55,490 bases of DNA, taken from assembly GCA_048940645.1 (NCBI GenBank), contig JBHLOI010000020.1, forward strand, positions 1 to 55,490. Direction: 5' to 3'. Under the pieces are notes generated by a model. It was not told the DNA's origin. It saw nothing but the letters and a program-made list of their open reading frames with translations, and made no database searches. This document shows, one piece after another, positions 1 through 9,622 of this stretch. This DNA comes from Promethearchaeota archaeon. GTDB lineage: Archaea > Asgardarchaeota > Lokiarchaeia > Sigyniarchaeales > SOKP01. Numbering within the stretch: position 1 is the first letter of the stretch; every line of letters begins with the position of its first letter. The translations under genes were made by a program, and so were the position numbers.

Positions 1-1152
1 GAGAAGAAATTAGAAGTAAATGAGATAATGGATAGATTAGAAGATTGTCATTTTAATGTATTTGGTTTAGTAATAAAAGACACCGATGGAGCATGTGTAT
101 GGGATACAGAAATAGGGTGGAATCCGACAAATCGTGATATTTTAGGTGAATTTTGTGATGCTAGTAAAGAAAGGAATATCCAAATAATGGTTGCTTTTAC
201 TAGCATGAATGATGCTTATCAAGGCTATTTACACCCTGAAAGAGTAAGTATCCATGGAAGAAATGGTGAAAAATTGGGTAAAAAATACAAAAAAGGAGAT
301 ATATCAACCCATAACGCTTATGAAATGAGAATAGACTTACCTGAGGATATACCATTTAAGGATTACCAAGAGAAAATCCCTTTTTTAACTAGTGACATCG
401 ATCTAAAAATAGGAAAATCTAGAGATTCGAGGGGATCCGGATATATTCCAACAGAAAGTTTCATGTGCCCTAATAGTAATCATATTGATTATTTAATAGA
501 ATTAACTCGAGAAGTCGTTAAAAATTATCCTATTAAAGCTTTTACAGCAGATTATATAAGATATAACGGCCATTTTACAGATTTATGTGCATGCTCTCGA
601 TGTGTGACTAAATTCAAAGAAATTTATGGCCATAAATCCAAAGAATTGAAAGGAAAAAAATGGTATGAGTTTAAAACAGATACTATAGCAAGTTATGCCC
701 AAAAATTACAAAAAACAGTGAAGAATCTTGATAAAACTTGCCTTACGGGTTGGTATAGTCAAGTGGGACCCAAAAATTTAGTAACAATTAAAAGACATGG
801 ACAAGATTGGACCAAACTTTCTTCAATTTTGGATATCTCAATTCCTATGGAATACTCTTATTTAGCAGGTACTAGAGATGATGGATTTTTTTGGGGAAAG
901 GTTGGAGATTTCTTCTTTTGGTATTTTCTTAGAAATATGAAAAAAAGAGCACATGAATACAAAGGTCCAGTTTTAGCGGTTACAAATTCAGTCGAATGTA
1001 ATGTGAAAGAAATGCTAAAACAGATGAGGAGTTTTGATTTTGGCTTAGGTATCGCATTATTTAAATATTTTGGAACAACAGAAGCTCAGTGGAGAGCCTT
1101 AAAAGAATATGCAGAGAATGAAATTGGTTTAGAAAATTTAATTCTTAGTTAA
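1..1152 (+). CDS. Glycoside hydrolase-like family 10 (GHL10/DUF187-type) TIM-barrel protein, probably 5'-truncated by the window edge
   Basis: Frame is open from base 1 to the ATG at 28; 'DILGEFCDASKERNIQI', 'FMCPNS', 'ADYIRY', 'IPMEY' match the GHL10-like pattern. Confidence 0.55.
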   Translation, partial: EKKLEVNEIMDRLEDCHFNVFGLVIKDTDGACVWDTEIGWNPTNRDILGEFCDASKERNIQIMVAFTSMNDAYQGYLHPERVSIHGRNGEKLGKKYKKGDISTHNAYEMRIDLPEDIPFKDYQEKIPFLTSDIDLKIGKSRDSRGSGYIPTESFMCPNSNHIDYLIELTREVVKNYPIKAFTADYIRYNGHFTDLCACSRCVTKFKEIYGHKSKELKGKKWYEFKTDTIASYAQKLQKTVKNLDKTCLTGWYSQVGPKNLVTIKRHGQDWTKLSSILDISIPMEYSYLAGTRDDGFFWGKVGDFFFWYFLRNMKKRAHEYKGPVLAVTNSVECNVKEMLKQMRSFDFGLGIALFKYFGTTEAQWRALKEYAENEIGLENLILS

Positions 1153-1721
1153 TTGCTATTTTTTATCTCTTTAAATCTAAAACAATTTATCGTGTGATCA
1201 TTAACTAAACCAACAGCTTGCATAAATGCATATACTATCGTTGAGCCTACGAACTTAAAGCCTCGTTTTTTTAAATCTTTACTTATTTTTTCCGAAAGTG
1301 TTGTATGTGAAGGTAGTTCATCTAACGATTTCCATGCATTATGAATAGACTTTTGATTAACAAAATTCCATATATACTTATCAAAAGACCCAAATTCTTT
1401 CTGAATTTTGATAAAAGCTTTTGCATTCGTAATTATTGATTGAATTTTTGAACGATTTCTTATAATTCCTTTATTCTGAAGTAGTTTTTCTATTTTTTCT
1501 TCATCATACAATGAAATTTTGTTATAATCAAAATTTTCAAATGCCTTTCTGAAATTTTCTCGTTTTTGGAGTATGGTGTTCCAACTTAAACCAGCTTGCA
1601 TACCTTCTAATATTAAAAACTCAAAGAGCATTTGATCATTATGCTCAGGAGTACCCCATTCCTTATCATGATATTGTTTCATTAGGCCATTTGAATTAGC
1701 CCATTCACATCTTTTCATCAT
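1149..1721 (-). CDS. tag: DNA-3-methyladenine glycosylase I
   Basis: RCEWA...YHDKEWG, LEGMQAGLSW, GIIRNRSKI, GFKFVG, NDH...CF motifs. Confidence 0.95.
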   Translation of the reverse strand: MMKRCEWANSNGLMKQYHDKEWGTPEHNDQMLFEFLILEGMQAGLSWNTILQKRENFRKAFENFDYNKISLYDEEKIEKLLQNKGIIRNRSKIQSIITNAKAFIKIQKEFGSFDKYIWNFVNQKSIHNAWKSLDELPSHTTLSEKISKDLKKRGFKFVGSTIVYAFMQAVGLVNDHTINCFRFKEIKNSN

Positions 1722-1814
1722 AAATACTAGATTTTTATATTATTTGAACTTATTACCAAATCATTATTATTTTAATTTCTTATAATAAATTATAACTTTT
1801 AGGATGTCTCAAAA

Positions 1815-2174
1815 ATGGAAAAATTAGCTATTAAAAAGGCTATTTTAGATTATTATCATGAAGGGCATGCAAAAAACGATCCAGAACTGTATAAAGAAAT
1901 TCTCCATGATGAGTGGAAATTTTTTCTATTTCATGAGGATGGAAGGTTAAGAATTGTAGATAAAAATGAATATATTTCTTGGTATAATAGTGATGAACTT
2001 AATAAGAGTTTGAAATGGAAAACGAAATTTTATTATATTGATATTACAAAAAATATTGGAGCTGTAAAGCTCAGAATTGAATGTGAGGAAGTAGGTTATA
2101 TTGACTACTTTAATCTTATGAAAATTAATGGGAAATGGTGGATCGTCCATAAAATCTCCCACAAAATTAAATAA
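1815..2174 (+). CDS. NTF2-like (putative lumazine-binding family) protein
   Basis: 'YIDYFNLMKINGKWWIVHKI' C-terminus; 119 aa. Confidence 0.75.
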   Translation: MEKLAIKKAILDYYHEGHAKNDPELYKEILHDEWKFFLFHEDGRLRIVDKNEYISWYNSDELNKSLKWKTKFYYIDITKNIGAVKLRIECEEVGYIDYFNLMKINGKWWIVHKISHKIK

Positions 2175-2307
2175 GATTCAAGTTCTTTACTAAATAATCA
2201 AAGCAGCTATTAATAAATTCGATTCACTACTAAAATTACTCTATGTATTGGGAGAATTTTTAAATGAGTAGATTAAAAATATAAAGTATCATTTTTTATA
2301 GATAGAT

Positions 2308-2796
2308 ATGAACTATTGTCCTTATTGTGGTAGTAGTGTAGAATCTTCTTGGAAAGTCTGTGCAAATTGTGGACATAAAATCGTTGATGAAGAAATTTCT
2401 ACTATAACCCAAAAAGAACCAGAAATACAAACTGAAAAAGTTGAGGTTGAAGTTCCTAAATCAGATAAAATTTATTACAGGCCTCAAGCATATCAAACCT
2501 CTCCAACAAGAGCAAATGGAATCACTGCTTTAGTAATAGGAATTATTGGCTTTAGTTGGTCCTTCTCTCTTATAATACTTAGAATTCTTAATTTATATTC
2601 AGCATCTGGCTTTATGGTTGGAAACTTATTCACTGTTATGCTGGGTATCATAGCTATTATTTTTGGAATTGTTGGAATTAGTAAAGATGATTCAAAAGGA
2701 ATGGGGGTTGCTGGTTTGATTTTAGGAATTGCTAATATAATATGCTTTATAATTCGGTTTGTTATATTTTTTATTCCCTGGCCCTCTATCCCATAG
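2308..2796 (+). CDS. Zinc-ribbon membrane protein (DUF4190-like C-terminal helices)
   Basis: N-terminal CPYCG...CANCG, then three hydrophobic segments; paralog at 25356-25823. Confidence 0.75.
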   Translation: MNYCPYCGSSVESSWKVCANCGHKIVDEEISTITQKEPEIQTEKVEVEVPKSDKIYYRPQAYQTSPTRANGITALVIGIIGFSWSFSLIILRILNLYSASGFMVGNLFTVMLGIIAIIFGIVGISKDDSKGMGVAGLILGIANIICFIIRFVIFFIPWPSIP

Positions 2797-2901
2797 ATAT
2801 GAATACAGAACTACAATGAATACATTTATGGCAAATTGGCTGCTTTCTTAATCCGTTTCTTATTTTAAAGCTAATTTCTCTTTATTTTATATTTATTATC
2901 A

Positions 2902-3282
2902 CTAATAAGTATCAATTGAGACAGTAACTGCAGCATTACATACTAAGATCCTATCAGAACTGTCTCCAAGAGCTTTAATCAATATTCCTCTAGCGATTAA
3001 ACCTCCGTTTACAACCTCAATTGATTTTTGTCCAAATGGAATGGCTTTAAGCACTTTATCCTCATCAACGCTCTCAGGGTAAGGGGCTCCTATTTTAACA
3101 TGAATTTTCATTCCTAAAAGCTCTTTGGGTGTTTTTAAACCACAAATTTCAATTAATCCCGTAAGACAATTATTAGAGATAGCATTTTTAACTGCTTTTT
3201 TTGCTGCATTAGTACAATTATCATTATGTCCATGCTGATCTATTCCCATAGCGAGCTGTACAATAAATCTTTTCCCACCCAT
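2902..3282 (-). CDS. Lin0512 family protein
   Basis: 'MGIDQHG', 'TNAAKKAVKNAI', 'VLKAIPFG...GGL', 'NAAVTV'. Confidence 0.85.
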   Translation of the reverse strand: MGGKRFIVQLAMGIDQHGHNDNCTNAAKKAVKNAISNNCLTGLIEICGLKTPKELLGMKIHVKIGAPYPESVDEDKVLKAIPFGQKSIEVVNGGLIARGILIKALGDSSDRILVCNAAVTVSIDTY

Positions 3283-3400
3283 AGTTTATCAAATTGTAGA
3301 TTTTATACTTATATTTGTATTGTCTAAAACTTTTATTTATTGGTTTTTACTTATACTTAAGGTTATAGTTTAAGAAATAAACAATTGAGATTGATTTTGA

Positions 3401-4516
3401 ATGGATAGTAATGTAGAAAAAACTTATGAGATCGACGAAAATATTTACCAGCGTTTTGAAGCTAAATATCATATGATCTATCGGCGTACTTGGGATAAAG
3501 ATTTGTTAACATATGGCAAAATGTTCGAAGAAAATATAGAAAATCACATAAATTCGAAAAAAGAGGGTTATGGGCGTATTGATTTTTCTTTAGTAGCTGC
3601 AGGATGGACAGTTTATGAACATTTTCCTTTTGCTTTTGCTTGGGAAAGAGAAATCGATTATGATATAGGATATGGCATAAATTGGATGAGATCAAAACAT
3701 AAAATTGAAGATCCTCAATTATTTACTCAATCTATAAAAAAAACAGCTAAATTTTATGGAGCTTCATTGGTTGGGGTTGCAAACGTTAATGAAAATTGGA
3801 TTTATAAATCGAGTTTTGTACGACCTAACCTAACTAGTGAAGCAGAATCAAAAAGGGAGGTTAGAGAAGGTTTTAATTCAGAATCTTTACTAGAAACATC
3901 AATTAACATACCAGAAGGCATAGATAAAGTTATTGTCATTGCTATTGAAATGGATCAAAACGCTATTTCCACTGCTCCTGCTCAACCTGCTGCCGCTGCT
4001 GCTGCTCTGGCATATTCAAAAATGGCTTTTGTAATTGCTTGTTTAGGAGAATTCATAAGAAACTTAGGTTATCGGGCTGTTCAATGTGGGAATGATACAG
4101 CTATAAGTATACCCTTAGCAATCGATGCTGGACTAGGTGCTCTTGGAAGAAATGGGTTGTTAATAACTCCAGAATATGGACCTAGAGTAAGAATTTGTAA
4201 GGTTTTTACGGATTTACCATTAGTTTCTGATAAACCAAATTTTAAGTTTATTCAAAATGTAAAAAAAACTTGTGTGAATTGTTATAAATGTGCAGAAGCT
4301 TGTGAAACAGATGCTATAAGTAGAGAAAGAGAACCTAATTTCATACCGACTTCAATCTCTAACAATCCAGGAGTTAAGAAGTATTATGTGGACGTAGAAA
4401 AGTGTTTTGAGTTCTGGATAGAAAACTCAAGTGACTGTGGTAATTGCATCGCAGTTTGTCCTTATTCTAAAATTAAGAATTACCTGACAGCTTCGGAATT
4501 TTGGGATTCCAAATAA
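3401..4516 (+). CDS. Reductive dehalogenase-family cobalamin/2x[4Fe-4S] protein lacking a TAT leader
   Basis: 'IKKTAKFYGASLVGVA', 'IPLAIDAGLGALGRNGLLITPEYGPRVRICKVFTDLPLVSDKP', CxxCxxCxxxC and C-x10-CxxCxxxCP. Confidence 0.85.
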   Translation: MDSNVEKTYEIDENIYQRFEAKYHMIYRRTWDKDLLTYGKMFEENIENHINSKKEGYGRIDFSLVAAGWTVYEHFPFAFAWEREIDYDIGYGINWMRSKHKIEDPQLFTQSIKKTAKFYGASLVGVANVNENWIYKSSFVRPNLTSEAESKREVREGFNSESLLETSINIPEGIDKVIVIAIEMDQNAISTAPAQPAAAAAALAYSKMAFVIACLGEFIRNLGYRAVQCGNDTAISIPLAIDAGLGALGRNGLLITPEYGPRVRICKVFTDLPLVSDKPNFKFIQNVKKTCVNCYKCAEACETDAISREREPNFIPTSISNNPGVKKYYVDVEKCFEFWIENSSDCGNCIAVCPYSKIKNYLTASEFWDSK

Positions 4517-4578
4517 GTTAAAATATAAATTAGATTCCAAAATATTATTGTATTAAAATTAATCGGAATCTCATTATT

Positions 4579-5628
4579 ATGGAAAAAATAAATGTAGGTA
4601 TAATTGGATCCGGATTTATTGCTGAACATCATTTCCATGCTTATAACTTACTTCCCAATGTTGAAATTATAGGTATTTGTTCCCTAGAAGAGCAAAAAGC
4701 AAAACAATTGATGAATAAATATAATATATCAGGTAAATTAGTCAAAAATTATGAAGATTTGTTAAAACTCGATTGTGAAGCCATATCAGTATGTATTCCA
4801 AACTTTTTACATAAAAAGATAACTATAGATGTTTTAAACTCAGGTAAGCATGCTTTTGTAGAAAAACCATTAGCAAAAACGGTATCTGAAGGAAAAGATA
4901 TGTTAGAGGCTGAAAAAACTTCAAACCGTAGGATCTTTTATTGTGAAAACAATATATATGCCCCCTCTTTCAGTAAAGTCAAGGAAATTTTGGAAGAGGG
5001 AGCTTTAGGTCAGATATATATGGGAAGAGGTAAAGAACAACATTCTGGACCTCATTCTGCTTGGTTTTATAAACAAAAAGAAGCAGGTGGAGGTGCATTA
5101 TTAGATTTAGGAATACATGATATAGCCTGTTTAGTTTGGTATCTTAATTGCGATGTTAAGGAAGTTTTTTGTCAAACTAAAACCTTAATTAAGGATAGAA
5201 AAAAATTTGGCAATTGTGAAGTTGAAGATAATGCAGTAGGTATCTTGTATTTTGAAAATGATGCACAAATAATAATTGAGGAGTCATGGACTGCACCTGG
5301 GGGTTATGATATGCGATTTGAATTATACGGTACAGAGGGACAGGTTAAAGTGGCTCCAACGTTTACTAATTTAATAAGTGTTTATAGCGAAACTGGATAT
5401 GGGTATGCTGTTGAAAAAGCAGGAACTACTAAAGGTTGGACATTTCCAGTTCCAGCAGAATCTTGGTCTTTTGGTTATCCTCAAGAAATAGCTCATTTTA
5501 TCGATTGTATCATTAATAACAAAGAAGTATTGACCAATGGAATTTTTGCTCAAAAAATATTAGCTGTTGTAGAAGCCATGTATATAAGTTCAAAAACTAA
5601 CAAAATCGAAGAAGTATCGTATGAATAG
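4579..5628 (+). CDS. Gfo/Idh/MocA family NAD-dependent oxidoreductase
   Basis: GIIGSG, 'GKHAFVEKP', 'GGGALLDLGIH'. Confidence 0.9.
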   Translation: MEKINVGIIGSGFIAEHHFHAYNLLPNVEIIGICSLEEQKAKQLMNKYNISGKLVKNYEDLLKLDCEAISVCIPNFLHKKITIDVLNSGKHAFVEKPLAKTVSEGKDMLEAEKTSNRRIFYCENNIYAPSFSKVKEILEEGALGQIYMGRGKEQHSGPHSAWFYKQKEAGGGALLDLGIHDIACLVWYLNCDVKEVFCQTKTLIKDRKKFGNCEVEDNAVGILYFENDAQIIIEESWTAPGGYDMRFELYGTEGQVKVAPTFTNLISVYSETGYGYAVEKAGTTKGWTFPVPAESWSFGYPQEIAHFIDCIINNKEVLTNGIFAQKILAVVEAMYISSKTNKIEEVSYE

Positions 5629-5633
5629 AGCCC

Positions 5634-6839
5634 TCATTTTAGAGATTCAATTGTTTCTACAACCCAATCAAGTTTTTCTTGTGATGCTAATAATAGCTCT
5701 TGAGGAAATTCTACTGTTCTTGAATATATATCAGAAACGATGGGGAAGTTCTTATCAATACTTTTTTCTTCTCCCCAGTTTGCATTAGAATAGTTAAGTC
5801 CCTTTTTTAGCATAATGTTCTTAAAACAATCTAAACTGTGCAAAGGAGGGTAATTATCGCATGTAGGGATTCCTTTTCGGTTAAGTATTTTATAAAATTT
5901 TACTTTCTTTATCCCTCCAAATTTATTAGAGTCAAAAACAAAAGGAAATACATACCACCCCATCTCGGAAGTACCTGGTGTAGGCATCATCACATTTATA
6001 CCATCAATTTCATTCAATTTTTCCATTAAGTATTTTGCATTTTTATTTCTTAAAGCATGTTGTGCAGGGAATTTTTTTAATTGTGTTCTAAGAATTGACG
6101 CTTGATATTCTGTCATTCTGTAATTAGTACCATAACTGAAATGTTTATAAGCATGAGTACTTTTTTTCCTTCCACAATCCGTGTATGAATATATCTTATC
6201 CGCTAAGTCGCCTGAATTACAAATTATAGCACCACCCTCTCCGCTCGTCAAAACTTTCGAAGCTTGAAAGCTAAATGTGCCTGCATCGCCCCAATTTCCT
6301 AATCTTTTTCCTTTATAACGTGAACCATGGGCATGAGCACAATCTTCGACAACAAATAAGTTGTAGTTTGAAGCAATTTTCATTAATTTGTCCATCTCAA
6401 CCGCATTTCCACCTAAATGAACAGGGATTATTGCTTTTGTTCTTTTTGTTATTAATTTCTCAACTTCATCAACATTCATAACAAAAGTTTTAGGATGAAT
6501 ATCACAAAAGATTGGAACAGCATTCGCAGCAATAATAGCAGAAGCAGAGGCTACAAAAGTATAATCTGATACAATGACTTCATCTCCTAAACCTACATCT
6601 AACGATACTAATGCTGATTCTATAGCTACTGTCCCATTACTTACAGCAATAGAGTACTTTGCCTCTTGAAATTCTGCAAATTCTTCTTGAAATAACCATA
6701 CATTTTCTCCTTCATGAACGCCCGGAAACCCACACCACCAATTTCCTGATTTTATGACGTTTAATAGTGCATTTATATCTTCTTCATCATATATTGGCCA
6801 TTTAGGAAAATTTTTCGTAGAATTTTGTTTAAGCGACAT
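5634..6839 (-). CDS. DegT/DnrJ/EryC1/StrS PLP aminotransferase (RifK/BtrR-like subgroup)
   Basis: 'EDCAHAHG', 'FSFQASKVLTSGEGG', 'GTNYRMTEYQA'; N-terminal 'FPKWPIYDEED...GNWW'. Confidence 0.9.
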   Translation of the reverse strand: MSLKQNSTKNFPKWPIYDEEDINALLNVIKSGNWWCGFPGVHEGENVWLFQEEFAEFQEAKYSIAVSNGTVAIESALVSLDVGLGDEVIVSDYTFVASASAIIAANAVPIFCDIHPKTFVMNVDEVEKLITKRTKAIIPVHLGGNAVEMDKLMKIASNYNLFVVEDCAHAHGSRYKGKRLGNWGDAGTFSFQASKVLTSGEGGAIICNSGDLADKIYSYTDCGRKKSTHAYKHFSYGTNYRMTEYQASILRTQLKKFPAQHALRNKNAKYLMEKLNEIDGINVMMPTPGTSEMGWYVFPFVFDSNKFGGIKKVKFYKILNRKGIPTCDNYPPLHSLDCFKNIMLKKGLNYSNANWGEEKSIDKNFPIVSDIYSRTVEFPQELLLASQEKLDWVVETIESLK

Positions 6840-6965
6840 CTTTCAATAAATACCTTAAATTGATGACATAAATTTTATGAGTTATTTTAAATATATTTAT
6901 CAAAACAGATAAAATTTGTAACCAATTAATTAATAAAAATCATTGAAAATAATACAGTTCTGAAA

Positions 6966-8681
6966 ATGAAAGTTATCGATAAAACAACCATAGCTCAGTT
7001 TTTAAATAAATACATTTCAAAACTTACAGTACAGGATATTGAAACGTTAATCGAGATACCCCCTTCAGAAATTGATTATACTTATGCATTTCCTTGTTTT
7101 AGACTATCTAAGGTTGAGAAAAAAGCACCAAAAGTATTAGCAAAGGAATTAAAAAAGAAAGTCAAGTTACCTGATTTTTTGGAAGATATTGAAGCAGAGG
7201 GACCATATTTGAACATTAAAATTAAATCAAAATTTATTCTAAAGCAAATTTTTGAATCAAAAGAAGATTTTGGTAGATTAAGATTAAAATTTGGGTTTGA
7301 AGATGAAAAAAGAAAAAGAATTGTGATTGAGTATCCTTCTCCTAATACAAACAAACCATTACACTTTGGACATGTCAGAAATATGCTCTTAGGTAAATCT
7401 CTCTCAAATTTACTTGAATACAAAGGACATACTATATTTCAAGTTAATTTATATAATAATCGTGGAATTCATATTTGCAAAAGCATGTTAGCTTATAAAA
7501 AATGGGGTAAAAATAAAGAACCAGATAAAAAAAGCGATCATTTTGTTGGAGATTATTATGTGAAGTATGGTGAAAAGTTACAACAAGATAAGGAATTAAA
7601 AAAAGAAGCTCATGAATTATTAAGATTGTGGGAAGCCGGTGATGAGGCAACAGTAGCTCTATGGAGCAAATTGAATAAATGGGCAATAGATGGTTTCAAT
7701 AAAACTTATGATAAATTAGGAATTTCATTTGAAAAGGAATATTTTGAATCAGATCTGTATTTAAGAGGCAGGGAGATTATTCTTGACGGATTAAATAAGG
7801 GAATCTTCGAAAAAGTTGAAAATGGAGCTATAATCGCAAGATTAAGAGAAAAATATAACCTTGAAGATAAAATTTTAGTAAGAAGTGACGGAACTTCAAT
7901 TTATATAACCCAAGATATTTATTTAGCCTATAAAAAGAAAGCAGATTTTAATTATGATAGATCAATATATGTTGTTGGTGATGAGCAAATTCAACATTTT
8001 AAATGGTTATTTGCTATTTTGGATATGCTAGGATTTGAGGGGGATAATTATCATTTGTCTTATGGAATGGTTAGTTTGCCAAGTGGTAAAATGAAAAGCA
8101 GAGAAGGCACTGTTGTTGATGCAGACGATATTATTGACGAAGTTGAAAGTCTAGCTTTTCAAGAAGTGGAACAGAGATATCCAAATATTTCAATTGCTGA
8201 AAAGAAAAAGAGAGCTGAAATTATTGGTCAAGCAGCTCTAAAGTTTTACATTTTAAAATATAATCCAATTAAGGGTTTTGTATTTAAGCCTAAGGAAAGT
8301 ATTTCGTTTGAGGGTGAAACAGGTCCATATATTCAATATTGCTATGCTAGAATAGCTTCTATTATCAAAAAATCAGAATTTGATATTACTACCGAAATTA
8401 ACTGGAATTTATTAAAGCATGAAAAGGAGAAGTTTTTAATAAAGCAATTAACATATTTTCCTGAAATTATTGACTTATCAGAAAAGACTTATAATATTCA
8501 TTTAATCGCTCAATATTTATTGACTTTATGCCAATTATTTAATTCATTTTATTCCTCATGTCAAGTAATTTCTGAAGATAAAGAGCTTGAACGTGCAAGA
8601 TTGTTGTTAATTAAATGTGTACAAATAGTAATTAAGATTGGATTAAATCTTTTAGGAATTGAAACTTTAGAAAAAATGTAA
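6966..8681 (+). CDS. argS: Arginyl-tRNA synthetase
   Basis: 'EYPSPNTNKPLHFGHVRN' (HIGH-type), 'GKMKSREG', 'GETGPYIQYCYARIASI', C-terminal 'LEKM'. Confidence 0.97.
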   Translation: MKVIDKTTIAQFLNKYISKLTVQDIETLIEIPPSEIDYTYAFPCFRLSKVEKKAPKVLAKELKKKVKLPDFLEDIEAEGPYLNIKIKSKFILKQIFESKEDFGRLRLKFGFEDEKRKRIVIEYPSPNTNKPLHFGHVRNMLLGKSLSNLLEYKGHTIFQVNLYNNRGIHICKSMLAYKKWGKNKEPDKKSDHFVGDYYVKYGEKLQQDKELKKEAHELLRLWEAGDEATVALWSKLNKWAIDGFNKTYDKLGISFEKEYFESDLYLRGREIILDGLNKGIFEKVENGAIIARLREKYNLEDKILVRSDGTSIYITQDIYLAYKKKADFNYDRSIYVVGDEQIQHFKWLFAILDMLGFEGDNYHLSYGMVSLPSGKMKSREGTVVDADDIIDEVESLAFQEVEQRYPNISIAEKKKRAEIIGQAALKFYILKYNPIKGFVFKPKESISFEGETGPYIQYCYARIASIIKKSEFDITTEINWNLLKHEKEKFLIKQLTYFPEIIDLSEKTYNIHLIAQYLLTLCQLFNSFYSSCQVISEDKELERARLLLIKCVQIVIKIGLNLLGIETLEKM

Positions 8682-8709
8682 TTCTAATTCAAAAAACAAG
8701 GGTTATTCA

Positions 8710-9621
8710 ATGAAATTTTATGATTTTGGAGAAATAATTGACTCTAAAAGTAAATTTGTACTATTTGGAATACCATGGGATTATTTGACTTCAATAAAAG
8801 CGCCTAATTCGGCAATGGCTCCTCAAAAAATACGTGAAGTAACTAATGATTTATCCTTAACTACCGAAATGGGTATTGAAATACCTAATTTAGAGGTGAT
8901 CGATTTAGGAGATGTTCAGATAGAGCCCTCAGAAGTAGATAAAAATCTTAAAGAAATTCGGAATTTTGTTCACCATATTTATAATCAGAAAAGGGATGTT
9001 ATTCCAATAATGATTGGTGGTGATCATTTCTGTTCCTTTCCAGTAATACAAACCGTTGGAGATTTATTCGAAGATAAAGATCAATTGGGTATTTTAATAT
9101 TTGATGCTCATCTTGATCTTTATGATGAATGGGATAAAGGCGTATATTCACATGCTACTATCTCTCATCGAGTTTTTGATTTAGATTATATAAATAATAC
9201 TAATATTCTAATTGTAGGTACAAGAGATATTGATATTCCAGAACTAAAAATTGCTAAAGAAGAAAAGATTAAACATCTGGATGCCTATCAAATTCAAGAC
9301 TATGGACTAAATAGGTACATACAGGAAATGATTAATTTTTTTGCGAACTCAGAAATAAAATTTTTATACGTCTCAATTGACATTGATGTTTTGGAACCCT
9401 CAATAGCTCCTGGAACTGGATTTGCAATTCCAGGCGGTTTATCTTATCGAGAATTATGGACAATTTTAAGACAAGTGGCTAATGAATTTAAAATAATTGG
9501 ATTTGATTTAGTTGAGGTTGCTCCAAATTTAGATCTTTCAAACAATTTAACAAGTAATTTAGCTGCTAAATTAGTTATAGAGTTCATTTCTTTTATCTCA
9601 AATAATTTATTTTTTAAATAA
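8710..9621 (+). CDS. speB: Agmatinase / ureohydrolase
   Basis: GGDH, DAHLD, SIDIDVL..APGTG, DLVEVAP metal-binding motifs. Confidence 0.88.
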   Translation: MKFYDFGEIIDSKSKFVLFGIPWDYLTSIKAPNSAMAPQKIREVTNDLSLTTEMGIEIPNLEVIDLGDVQIEPSEVDKNLKEIRNFVHHIYNQKRDVIPIMIGGDHFCSFPVIQTVGDLFEDKDQLGILIFDAHLDLYDEWDKGVYSHATISHRVFDLDYINNTNILIVGTRDIDIPELKIAKEEKIKHLDAYQIQDYGLNRYIQEMINFFANSEIKFLYVSIDIDVLEPSIAPGTGFAIPGGLSYRELWTILRQVANEFKIIGFDLVEVAPNLDLSNNLTSNLAAKLVIEFISFISNNLFFK

Positions 9622-9622
9622 T

